DNA of 64,000 nucleotides from an uncultured Alphaproteobacteria bacterium (GTDB lineage Bacteria; Pseudomonadota; Alphaproteobacteria; CAWJRW01): NCBI GenBank assembly GCA_963845385.1, contig CAWJRW010000006.1, positions 1,416,910 to 1,480,909 of the forward strand, read 5' to 3'. Shown piece by piece: positions 55,281 to 64,000 of this stretch (position 1 is its first letter; each line of letters starts with the position of its first letter). The notes under the pieces were generated by a model. It saw only the letters and a program-made list of their open reading frames with translations, ran no database searches and was not told where the DNA came from. The position numbers and the translations under genes were made by a program.

Positions 55281-56341
55281 CTAGATACTGACGGAGGCTT
55301 CCGTCGGGATGACGCGCTTCAGGCGCAGTCCGGCCTCGCCGAACAGCGTGCGGAACTCCTCGCGCGTCGCGCTCCAGCCCGCCGGGGGCCGCGACCATCA
55401 TGTGGACGTCCATGAGCTTGACGGTGTCGCCCCGTTGCCCGGCTGGACGACATGATCCACCACGAGCACGCGGCCTTCGCTCGCCATCGCCTCGCGGCAA
55501 TTCTTCGAGATGCGCACCAGCGCGCGTCGTCCCAGTCGTGGAGGACGTGCTTCATGATGTAGCCGTCCGAGCCCTCGGGCACGGCGTCGAAAAAATCGCC
55601 GCCCACCGTCTCGGCAGCGGTCGCGGACCTCGGGCGCAGTGACAAAGCCGCTTTCGGCCGCACTCGCGACCACTTCCGGCAGATCGTAAAGCACGCCTTC
55701 GAGCTTGCGATAGCGGCGCAGGATCGTCGCCAGCAAATGGCCATGCGCACCGCCGAGCATCGACGAGCCGCGAAAATTCGTCGAACGGATAGGCGCGCAC
55801 CACCGCGCCTGTCTCGACGGTCGAGACGCCCGCCATCGAGGCGGCAAAAGACCCGCTCCTTCTCCGGATGCTGATGCAGATATTCGAAGATCGAGGTCTG
55901 ATGCACATGCTGGAAGGGAGATTCGCCCGTCACGATCACGTCGGAGAGCGCCCCCCAGGCCTGCCAGTTGTAATCGTCGATGATCATCAGCACGAAATCG
56001 CGCAGGGAACCCGGGCGGTTGCTGCGCAGCGATTGCGCGAGCGAGGTGAGACGGAAGCGGCCGTGGGCGTCCTCGGCAAAGACGCCGAGGCTCGCCAGCG
56101 TGCGCATGACGCGGTGGAGATAGGGCGCGTGCGCGCCGACACGCTTGGCAATGGTCTCGATCTTGAGGGGCCCGCTTGGACGAGCTCGATCGGCGACGCC
56201 GAGCTTCGCCACGACGAAGAGGAGCTGCGACACCCAAAAGCCGCTGATCAGGTTGACCATGGTGTCGTGCGCAGGCGGCTTCTGGCGGCGCTTCGGTCGG
56301 CATCGAAAATCCTTCTCCACTCGCAAAGGCGCCGCTAGCAT
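55281..56341 (-). pseudogene. Class I O-methyltransferase (COMT-like: dimerisation domain plus Methyltransf_2), with at least 5 frame breaks
   Basis: Fragments are spread across three frames. They are MVNLISGFWVSQLLFVVAKLGVAD...LHRVMRTLASLGVFAED, then GGAHGHLLATILRRYRKLEGVLYDLPEVV, then GGDFFDAVPEGSDGYIMKHVLHDWDD, then EGRVLVVDHVV. The tail ends at TAG 55281. Confidence 0.75.
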
Positions 56342-56439
56342 GCCTGAACCGGCGGCCGCGTCAATCTTGCATTAACGATGCGTTAACGATGCGAAAACAA
56401 GCGCGCGGCGCAACGGCGAATGCGGGCTATTGGGGAAGA

Positions 56440-56909
56440 ATGCCCCGCGAGCCTGCGCGCTCGACTTCATCTTCCGCTTCTTGCGCGCCCGCTTCTTTCT
56501 GCTTCTCGAGGAAGATACATGCCCTCGAGCTTGAGCCCGTCCGGGATCGAGGAAGAAGACGGCATAGTAGCCTTCGCCATAGGTCGGATAATCCGCAGGC
56601 GGATCGACGACCTTCGCCTTCTCCTTCTTCAGGAATTCGTAGAGGTCGTCTACGTCCGCGCGCCGCCGGAGCTCGAAGGCGTAGTGATGAAAGCCGATGT
56701 CGCCCGTGTGGTGCGGATGGGCCATGCCCTTCTTGTCGGCTTGCGTGATCCAGAACATGGTCTTGCCGTTGTTCCAGCCGGCGACTTGGCCGAGCTCCCA
56801 TTCGAGGAAGAAGCCCATGAAGCAGAGAAGCTTGTCGTAGAAGCGCTTGGACTTGTCGAAGTCGCGCGACGCGGATCGCCAGATGGTCGATGCCGACGAC
56901 GCGGACCAT
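56440..56909 (-). pseudogene. Glyoxalase/bleomycin-resistance/dioxygenase (VOC) family protein, with at least 2 frame breaks; the 3' end is uncertain
   Basis: MVRVVGIDHLAIRVA is in ORF 56427..56909. FFLEWELGQVAGWNNGKTMFWITQ...HHYAFELRRRADVDDLYEFLK...GYYAVFFLDP is in ORF 56372..56818. Confidence 0.65.
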
Positions 56910-56918
56910 CGGGCGCGC

Positions 56919-57619
56919 TTACTTGCGTCCTTCAGGCCTGCAGCGCGGCGGAACCTCGACCGGCTTGCCCGTCACCGGATGCGGATAATGGAAACGGCAT
57001 GAGGAAGGTGTTCGGCCAGCGCGGCGGCGCGGGCCTGATCTCGTCGGGGCCGCGCGGATCTTCGGGATAGGTCTTGGTGTAATTGACGACCATCAAGGCG
57101 CTCGATGGGCGCGCGCGCCCAGCCCTCTTCGTAGCGCGCCTGATAGACGACGCGGTAATTGAAGAGCTTGATCTTCCAGACGCCGCCTGTCCTTCACATA
57201 TTCGTTCTCGTAGATGCCCGCTTCCCAGAACTGGGGCGGGATGTTGGGCGGCGCGTTCTTGTCATGGATTCGTGCACGCCGCCCTGCATGAAGCAGCGGA
57301 AGCGCCCCTTGGCGGTCTTGCGGTCGGGCGCCACGTCGACAATGTCCTGCGTCGTGATGTGCTCGAAGAGAAGCCCGTAGATCGGCCCGTTCATGGGCGC
57401 CGCCCCGCCATAGAGCCTGCGCGCGCCCTCCTTGCCCTTGAAAACGCCGCCCATGAAGTTGAGCTCGCAGTCATCGGCGAACAGATCGACGATAGCCGGG
57501 AACAGGCACTTGTCCATGTAGTAGCCGTATTTGAACTGCAGCGTGCGGACGGCCTCCCTGTCCTTGAGCATGCCGAGCTCGTGCGCGAGCTCGCGCATCG
57601 TGGCTTCCAATTCCTGCAT
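56919..57619 (-). pseudogene. SnoaL-like / NTF2-fold protein, with at least 4 frame breaks
   Basis: ORF 57194..57619 reads LKDREAVRTLQFKYGYYMDKCLFPAIVDLFADDCELNFMGG. By manual frame switching the sequence continues KNAPPNIPPQFWEAGIYENEYVKDGGVWKIKLFNYRVVYQARYEEGW...FHYPHPVTGKPVEV and ends at TAA 56919. Confidence 0.6.
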
Positions 57620-57649
57620 CCTGTCCGTTCTGCGCCACCTCGTGCCTCC

Positions 57650-58489
57650 TCCATTTGCGTCTTGCGCCGCGCGCGCCGCCGGCGCTTCGCCTTGGCTTGC
57701 GCAGCATGTCGTCGAGATTGTCGGTCAGCTCCATATAGCGGCCCGAAAGCCCGTCATAGCGTCCCGAGGCCAGATCGACGCAGCGCTGCGCGCAGCGCGC
57801 CAAGATCGAGGTCCGCATCGGGCTCGTTTTGCCGCTGCTTGAGGCGCTCGACCATTTGCGGCAGCCAGCGCTGCGCGTCGGGCGAGTTCATCGTCTCCTC
57901 GGCGATGCCCGTGAAGACAAAGCCCGGATCGATGGCGAAGATGCTGACGCCGTGATCCTTGGTCTCGGCCGCCGCCTCCTCGACGATGCGCTTCTGCGCG
58001 ATCTTGCCCACGCAATAAGCGGAGAGATAGGGCAGCGACGAGACGCGCCGCGATCGCCGAGACGATGATGACGCGGCCCTTCCTGCGCGCTGCGTCATGC
58101 CGGGCAGCACATGCGTGCAGAAACAGCACGGGCGCCTTGATGTGCACCTCTTGGGCGGTCCACCAGACTTCGGGATCGACTTGCCAGATGGGCCCGAAGG
58201 GTCCGGGCACGCCCGCATTGTTGACGAAGAGCTTACGGGGCCGAAACGCGCCTGCGGTTTCGCGCACGACGCGCGCCACGTCCTCGCGCCGCGCGCACGT
58301 CGCCCGGCACGGCGAGCGCCTTGCCCGCCCGCTTGCTTGATCTCGCCCACCACGCGCTCGAGCTCGCTTTGCTGCGCGCCGTCACCGTGACCGCCGCGCC
58401 TTCGGCCGCAAAGCGCTTGGCAATGGCTCTTGCCGAAACCGCGGCCGCTCCCCGGTCACGATCGCCACTTGGCCTTTCAATTCCGCCAT
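57650..58489 (-). pseudogene. Short-chain dehydrogenase/reductase (SDR), with at least 4 frame breaks; the 3' end is unresolved
   Basis: MAELKGQVAIVTG starts at 58489. Later pieces are KLFVNNAGVPGP, LPYLSAYCVGKIAQ (the YxxxK motif) and VSIFAIDPGFVFTG, spread over three frames. Confidence 0.7.
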
Positions 58490-58750
58490 GACCGCCTCAT
58501 CTTCAATGTTGGTTTTTCCGCTTCGCGCCAGCAGGTCGTACGGTGTGCCTCGAGAGAAGGCAAGGCCCACCACGCTTCGCGCGAGAGGCTATCATGCCGT
58601 ACAAAAGCACGAAAAGTTGTCTTGTGGCGAGACGGCGTTCAGCGCTACCGCATTGAGCGAGCGTACCGCAGAGTGACCAGAAAGCGGACGGCGCGCTCGC
58701 GACGTTTCCGGCTTTGCTTGTTTGATGAGTTTGTCCGAAGAGGCGCGCAG

Positions 58751-59824
58751 TTGACGGAAGCTTACATCAATCGGATTGCGACGGCGGTTCCGCGCCACGA
58801 TGTGCATCAGGCGTTTGTGCAATTCGCGCAGTCGCTCTATCGGGACAAGCCGCGCGAGCTGGCGCTCTTCAAGCGCATGGTGGAAAAGGCGGGAATCGAG
58901 CACCGCTTTTCCAGTCTCGCGCCGGCCGCCGATCCAGGCGGCGCGGCCGTCGATGCCGAAGAGTTCTACAAACGCGGGGCGTTCCCGAGCACGGCAAAGC
59001 GCATGCGCAAGTTCGAGGCGCAAGCGCCGGCGCTCGCCGAGGCCGCGATCGGCAAGCTTCTCAGCGGCAGCGAGCGCAACTGCATCAGCCATCTCCTCGT
59101 CACGTGCTGCACCGGCTTCTCCGCACCGGGGCTCGATTTGGAAATCGTCGAGCGCTGCGATCTGCCGACCACCGTCGAGCGCACCGTGGTGGGCTTCATG
59201 GGCTGCTATGCCGCGATCAATGCGTTGAAGCTCGCCCGTCACATCGTGCGCTCGGAGCCCGCCGCGCGCGTTCTCGTTCTCAATCTCGAGCTTTGCACGT
59301 TGCATCTCCACGAGGCGGCGAACCTTGAAGAGGTGTTGTCGTTTCTCGTCTTCGGCGACGGCTGCGCCGCTTCCTTGGTAACTGCCGAGCCGAAGGGCGT
59401 GGCGCTCGACAGTTTCCGCGCCGTGCTCGTGCCGCGCACAGGTGAGCTCATCACCTGGACCATCGGCGACTCCGGCTTCGACATGGTGCTCTCGGGACAA
59501 GTGCCCGCGACAATTCGCGATGCGCTGCGTGCACGCGCGAACGAGATCCTGGGTGGCAAGAAAGCGTCTGCCATCGACCTGTGGGCGGTTCATCCCGGCG
59601 GGCGCACCGTGCTCGATGCGGTAGAGCGCGCCTTCGATTTGGAGCCGTCTGCGCTCGCGACCTCGCGCGAAGTCTTGCGGGCCTATGGCAACATGTCCTC
59701 CGCGACGGTGATGTTCGTGCTCGAGGCGCTGATGCGCACGTCGGCTGCGGGCGCCACGGGCTGCGCCATGGCCTTCGGGCCCGGATTGGTGGCGGAGACT
59801 TTCTTGTTTCACACCGCCAGCTAA
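58751..59824 (+). CDS. Type III polyketide synthase (chalcone/stilbene synthase superfamily)
   Basis: The catalytic triad context is intact: VTCCTGFSAPGLD (Cys), WAVHPGGRTVLD (His) and YGNMSSATVMFVL (Asn). The probable start is TTG 58751 (MTEAYINRIATAVP), preceded by GAAGAGG. Confidence 0.88.
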   Translation: MTEAYINRIATAVPRHDVHQAFVQFAQSLYRDKPRELALFKRMVEKAGIEHRFSSLAPAADPGGAAVDAEEFYKRGAFPSTAKRMRKFEAQAPALAEAAIGKLLSGSERNCISHLLVTCCTGFSAPGLDLEIVERCDLPTTVERTVVGFMGCYAAINALKLARHIVRSEPAARVLVLNLELCTLHLHEAANLEEVLSFLVFGDGCAASLVTAEPKGVALDSFRAVLVPRTGELITWTIGDSGFDMVLSGQVPATIRDALRARANEILGGKKASAIDLWAVHPGGRTVLDAVERAFDLEPSALATSREVLRAYGNMSSATVMFVLEALMRTSAAGATGCAMAFGPGLVAETFLFHTAS

Positions 59825-59828
59825 CCTC

Positions 59829-60590
59829 ATGCAAACCGATCTTGCCGCAGGCAGTGCAGTCTCGCGCGCGAAAGCTTTCCCGCGCCGCGTCGAGCCCGAA
59901 TGGCTGGACGAATTGCCGGCGAACGACCCGCGCGCGCTGCGCTCGCGGCGCGATCTCAGGCGCGTCAACGCCTTCATGCTGCAAGCCGCCATCATGATGC
60001 GGGCCTTGATCGATTATGCGCACGCGCCGCCGCGCCGGATCCTCGATCTCGGCACGGGCGATGGAACATTCATGCTCAGGCTTGCGCGGCGGCTGGCGAA
60101 GCGCTGGCCCGACGTCACCGTGACGCTGCTCGATCGGCAGAACATCGTGAGCGCCGAGACGCGCGCAGGCTTCCGCGCACTCGGCTGGTCGGCCAAGCCG
60201 GTCGCGGCGGATGTCTTTCAGTACTTGCGGGAAAATACGCCGCAGGTCGAAGATATCGTCACCGTGAATTTGTTTCTTCACCATTTCCGCCAGGATGAAT
60301 TGGCGCAGCTCCTCCGGCACGCAGCGTCGCGGACGAGGCTCTTGGTCGCTTGCGAGCCCGAGCGCAACGCCTTTTCGCTCGTCGCCAGCAAGCTCTTGTG
60401 GGCCATCGGCTGCAACGACGTGAGCCGCCACGATGCGGTGGCAAGCGTGCGCGCGGGCTTTCGCGGGCGCGAGCTTTCGGCGCTCTGGCCGAACAAGGAT
60501 CAGTGGACGCTGCACGAGTCCGCGTGCTTTCCCTTCACTCACTGCTTTGTCGCGCGCCGGACCGAGCGGACGATGCCCCATGACTTATGA
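59829..60590 (+). CDS. SAM-dependent methyltransferase (PKS-associated)
   Basis: It starts 4 nt after the PKS gene. Motif I is ILDLGTGDGTF. It is an intact 253 aa protein. Confidence 0.75.
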   Translation: MQTDLAAGSAVSRAKAFPRRVEPEWLDELPANDPRALRSRRDLRRVNAFMLQAAIMMRALIDYAHAPPRRILDLGTGDGTFMLRLARRLAKRWPDVTVTLLDRQNIVSAETRAGFRALGWSAKPVAADVFQYLRENTPQVEDIVTVNLFLHHFRQDELAQLLRHAASRTRLLVACEPERNAFSLVASKLLWAIGCNDVSRHDAVASVRAGFRGRELSALWPNKDQWTLHESACFPFTHCFVARRTERTMPHDL

Positions 60591-61761
60591 CGCGCTCGTC
60601 ATCGGTGCGGGACCCGCGGGCGCCACCGCAGGCCTCATGCTGGCGCGGGCCGGGTGGTCGGTAGCCCTGGTCGAGAAAAGCGTCTTCCCGCGGCGCAAAG
60701 TATGCGGCGAATTCATTTCGGCAACGAGCCTGCCGCTGTTACGCGATCTCGGCGTCGCGGACTTCTTTCTCGCGCAAGCGGGCCCCGCGGTGCGCGAAGT
60801 CGGGCTTTTCGCCGGCGAGACCCAATTGACCGCCGACATGCCCGCCGCCCATGGCTTTGGGCGCGCCTTGGGACGCGAGCATCTCGATTCTCTCTTGCTC
60901 GAGGCCGCAACGCGCGCGGGAGCCGCGCTCTTTCAGCCTTGGGCAGTTGTCCGATTGCGCCGCGATCGCGAGCGTTACCTGTGCACCATCTCTGCGAAGG
61001 ACAGCGTCGAGGAGCTCGCGGCGCGCATCGTCGTCGCGGCCAACGGCTCCTGGGAACGGAGCCCCTTGCCGTCGGCGCAGGAAAAGCCCCACAGGCCCTC
61101 CGATCTTCTCGCCTTCAAGGCACATTTTCGCGAGAGCGCGCTTCCGGCCGGCGTGATGCCGCTTCTCGTTTTCCCCGGCGGCTATGGCGGCATGGTGCAT
61201 AGCGATGGCGGGCGCGTGAGCCTTTCCTGTTGCATCCGGCGCGACCAATTGCAGCGGCAGCGCGAAAACGGGAACGGCGGCAAAGCCGCCGATGCCGTGT
61301 TCCGGCACATTCTCGAGAGCTGCGCGGGCGCACGCCGGGCGCTGAAAGAGGCACGCCTCGATGGTGCATGGCTTTCGGCCGGCCCCATCCGTCCGGGCAT
61401 TCGTCCGCGTTACGCGCGCGGCATTTTTTTCGCCGGCAACAGCGCGGGCGAGGCGCACCCCATCGTGGCGGAGGGCATCAGCATGGCGATGCAATCGGCG
61501 TGGCTTCTCTGCCGGCAGCTGATCGACAAGGACGCTCGGGCCGCGACACAAAGCGCGCTCGCCGACATCGGCAAAGCCTATGCCGAGGAGTGGGAGACGT
61601 CTTTTGCCACGCGCATCCGCGCGGCGGCAGCCTTCGCGCATCTCGCCATGCGACCTCAAGCGACGGCCGCGGCCCTGCCGCTTATCAAGCGCTTTCCGCA
61701 GATGTTGACTTGGGGCGCGCGCTTGAGCGGCAAGACCATGCAAGTCGTGCCCGCCGTGTGA
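60580..61761 (+). CDS. FAD-dependent oxidoreductase/monooxygenase (geranylgeranyl-reductase-like fold)
   Basis: MTYDALVIGAGPAGATAGLMLARAG is the GxGxxG dinucleotide fold. FFAGNSAGEAHPIVAEGISMA is also present. The gene overlaps the methyltransferase gene by 11 nt. Confidence 0.8.
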   Translation: MTYDALVIGAGPAGATAGLMLARAGWSVALVEKSVFPRRKVCGEFISATSLPLLRDLGVADFFLAQAGPAVREVGLFAGETQLTADMPAAHGFGRALGREHLDSLLLEAATRAGAALFQPWAVVRLRRDRERYLCTISAKDSVEELAARIVVAANGSWERSPLPSAQEKPHRPSDLLAFKAHFRESALPAGVMPLLVFPGGYGGMVHSDGGRVSLSCCIRRDQLQRQRENGNGGKAADAVFRHILESCAGARRALKEARLDGAWLSAGPIRPGIRPRYARGIFFAGNSAGEAHPIVAEGISMAMQSAWLLCRQLIDKDARAATQSALADIGKAYAEEWETSFATRIRAAAAFAHLAMRPQATAAALPLIKRFPQMLTWGARLSGKTMQVVPAV

Positions 61762-61777
61762 GCGAAGTTTTGGGTCC

Positions 61778-62456
61778 TCAGGCGAGATAAGCGGCGACGA
61801 TGCCCGAGAGCACGATGCCGTCGAACGTGCCCGCCCCGCCGATGCTCGCAACGCCTGCGGCCGTATTCTTGATGTCCTGCAGGTGGAAGATATCGGCGCC
61901 CACAAGCGGGCCCGTGACGCCGACGATGAAGGCGACGGGCGCCGCGTTCTCCGGCGCGATGAGGAGCGCCGACACGACCGCAACCAGAGGCGAGACGAAG
62001 CCCGGCATGGCGATCCCGATGCCGGGCACCGGCCGCGCGATGCGAAAGCAAATGAAGGCGTTGGCCGCGCAGGCGACAACCGTGCCCAGGAGTATGGCTT
62101 GCTGCTGCGCGGCGAGAATGAAAGCTTCGTACAGCGCGAGTCCGACCGGAATGAGGCAGCCGCCCACATTTACCGCGATGATCGTTTCCTGGGTGGTCCG
62201 CTGAAGTTGCGGCATGAATTGGGGCAAGCCGTAGACGGCGAGCGGATGAACGGTCGCGGGCGTGTCGCGCGCGAGCCGAGCCACGGGGACATTGATGAGC
62301 CCGCCAAAGAGAATGCCCAGAGAAGAGCATGACCGCCGTGTCTTCGCTCAAATGGAGCTTGGCGAGGCTCGCCACCATGAGCTCGCCGAAGAAAATCGGA
62401 AACAGGATGAACATGAGGAGAAACAGAAGGAGCGAGAAGAAACTGAGAGGTCTCAT
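61778..62456 (-). pseudogene. DUF1614-type integral membrane protein, with one frame break near 62320
   Basis: MRPLSFFSLLLFLLMFILFPIFFGELMVASLAKLHL is in ORF 61656..62558. The rest (AVNVGGCLIPVGLALYE...SIGGAGTFDGIVLSGIVAAYLA) is in ORF 61778..62284. Confidence 0.6.
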
Positions 62457-62882
62457 GTGTCTTTCCGTCCTGCGTGCGGCATGTCTTCGCCGAAGCGATG
62501 ATGGATCGGACCTTGCGCGCCTGTTGGCCAGGGGGATGAAGCCCGCTGCGCATAGCATCGGTCAAGGCCAAGGCGATGACAAACGGACGGCGGATGGGTT
62601 GCTGTGAGGCGGTTGATCGAGATCAAGGCGAAGATGCGCCGAGCCCCTTCAAATGCTGTCACCGTCATGCGGAGCCAAGACCGGCGAAACACGGCAGTGA
62701 AGCGTCTTCCCGGCGCGGATCTGACCTAGGTGATGAACCGATCTGGCTGTGAAACAGGGCGGAGGGACCCGCGGTCGCCGCGTCCAGCGCCTCAGAGGAG
62801 ACTCAGGGGTGGAGGGCGGATGGAGCGGGTCCTGCCGTTTGGGGGCGCCGATTGCGCGGCCGCTTGAACGGAAGGGGCGCAA

Positions 62883-63544
62883 ATGTGCTTCTCGGCGACT
62901 GCTAGCTTTGCCGTTGCAAGCTTTACCGGCGCCGTCGGGGTCGTGACCCTTCGCCATGTGCGCGCGCCGCGCGAGGCGGTGCTCGGCTCGTTTCCGCTCA
63001 TCTTTGGTGTTCAGCAGGTGATCGAAGGCACAATCTGGCTCGTGCTGCCCGGTGGCGATGATCCGCTCCTGGTGCGCGCGCTTGCCATCGCCTTTGTCTT
63101 CATCGCCACGGTCGTTTGGCCCGCGCTCGTGCCCGTGGCCGTGTATCTGGTCGAGCCCGATGCACGGCGCAAGCGCTTGCTTCATGTGCCCATGGTGATC
63201 GGCGCGCTTGTCAGCCTCGCTTGTCTCGCGGCCATTATCGCGAGCCCGCACCACGCCTCGATCGCCGAGCGCAGCATCCAATACAGAAACGATATTCCCG
63301 ATATTTCCTGGTGGGCCGTTCCTTATCTTCTCGCCACCGTGGCGCCGCTTTTTCTTTCCTCGCACCGGCCCGTCCAAGCGCTGCGGCGCTGCTTGTTTCC
63401 GTGGGCTTCATCGTCTCGACCTATTTCTATGCCGAGACCCTGACATCCGTGTGGTGCTTCTTCGCGGCCGGCGCGAGCGTGATCCTCTGCTTCCAATTCG
63501 TGCGCGGTTTCGCGCTCAAGGCGCCGGCCGGCCGTCCCGCGTGA
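62883..63544 (+). pseudogene. Hypothetical polytopic membrane protein, with one frame break near 63385
   Basis: The hydrophobic ORF 62883..63443 (MCFSATASFAVASFTGAVGVVTL...) has further TM helices in the tail of ORF 63116..63544 (LLVSVGFIVSTYFYAETLTSVWCFFAAGASVILCF). Confidence 0.5.
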
Positions 63545-63571
63545 GGAGTTCCGCCGCCGCGGAGCGCACCC

Positions 63572-64000
63572 TCACCCGCCCATGAGCTCGGCCGGCACGC
63601 CGAGCTCGCGCGCGCCGCATAGCGCGAAGCCCGGCCCACGCGTGAGCCAAAGCAAGATCGCCAAGCCGTATTCCGGATAGCGCTTGGTCATCTCTTTTGC
63701 GATGTCGGCGATGCGCACGCCGGGCTTGGCAACTTCGCGGTAGTCCTCGAGCCATTTGACATTCTTGTCGAATATCTCCGTGCCGCCCGCGGGCCCATGG
63801 CCGGGGAAGACGAGATCGATCGGTCCCAAATTGCGCGAGGCCTCGATCGCGGAAATCCAAGATGTCGGATTGTTGGTGTCCGCCATGTAGAGGTGCAAAT
63901 CATTGAACAGAAGATCGCCGGCGACGAAGGCGCGCGCCGACGGCACATAGAAGGCCGTGGCATGCACCGTCTCGGCTACCGGCAAATCGAACAGCACGAT
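63572..64000 (-). CDS. MBL-fold metallo-hydrolase; C-terminal part only, as the 5' end lies beyond the window
   Basis: The sequence is HATAFYVPSARAFVAGDLLFNDLHLYMADTN...LVFPGHGPAG. The reading frame is still open at position 64000. Confidence 0.6.
   Translation of the reverse strand: MVLFDLPVAETVHATAFYVPSARAFVAGDLLFNDLHLYMADTNNPTSWISAIEASRNLGPIDLVFPGHGPAGGTEIFDKNVKWLEDYREVAKPGVRIADIAKEMTKRYPEYGLAILLWLTRGPGFALCGARELGVPAELMGG

Noticed and set aside
55281-58489. Reading the dense frame breaks in the four minus-strand genes as evidence that this arm of the PKS region is a dead, decaying cluster
   Set aside because: This is not rejected outright, but I do not favour it. The same kind of breaks hit typA, thiC and glcD, which are unlikely to be dispensable. 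No nonsense codons or deletions accompany them. Only read-level evidence can settle it.
62559-62882. A riboswitch-like leader upstream of the hypothetical membrane protein gene (GC-rich, with several potential hairpins)
   Set aside because: I could not match it to fluoride, Mn, guanidine or NiCo riboswitch cores by eye. With divergent promoters expected here, the observation is too weak to report as a feature.

Overview
This is a high-GC chromosomal segment (about two-thirds G+C by eye). Its gene content looks alphaproteobacterial, Hyphomicrobiales/Rhizobiales-like: cpdR, a PlcP-Agt-type lipid remodelling pair, a GH17-GT2 glucan synthase, and gtcatSccgg-type palindromic repeats. I can support about 58 protein genes, one tRNA-Val(GAC), one TPP riboswitch upstream of thiC, a sigma32-like heat-shock promoter, two intrinsic terminators and several REP/MITE-like palindromic elements.

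Gene content:
- Metabolism and transport: glcDE, an NMT1-type ABC importer, a polyamine ABC importer, an aldehyde dehydrogenase, thiC and a GH13 alpha-glucosidase.
- Housekeeping: typA, rimO, msrA, rpmJ, and Cox11 next to a PCuAC-like gene.
- Stress genes: two Hsp20 genes, two AhpD/CMD-fold genes and a YdhR-like gene.

I found no CRISPR array, IS element, integrase, phage gene or recognisable defence system.

Most interesting leads:
1. A divergent type I secretion locus (41.7-50.2 kb). It encodes an adhesin-like RTX protein, two ABC half-transporters whose motifs predict a heterodimer with one degenerate ATP site, and an HlyD-type adaptor.
2. A type III polyketide synthase trio (PKS, methyltransferase, flavoprotein). 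It lies back to back with four candidate tailoring genes (55.3-61.8 kb).
3. Two unusual domain fusions: a 6-TM domain fused to a beta-carbonic anhydrase, and a polytopic membrane domain fused to an ATP-grasp ligase that is tightly followed by an XRE gene.

Major caveat: about 24 genes, including universally conserved typA and thiC, read through only after +/-1 frame switches. These breaks cluster in patches. They look more like consensus indel errors than real gene decay, but I cannot decide that from the sequence alone. All coordinates of frame-broken genes and of alternative start codons are approximate, because everything was done by eye from the sequence and the ORF track.
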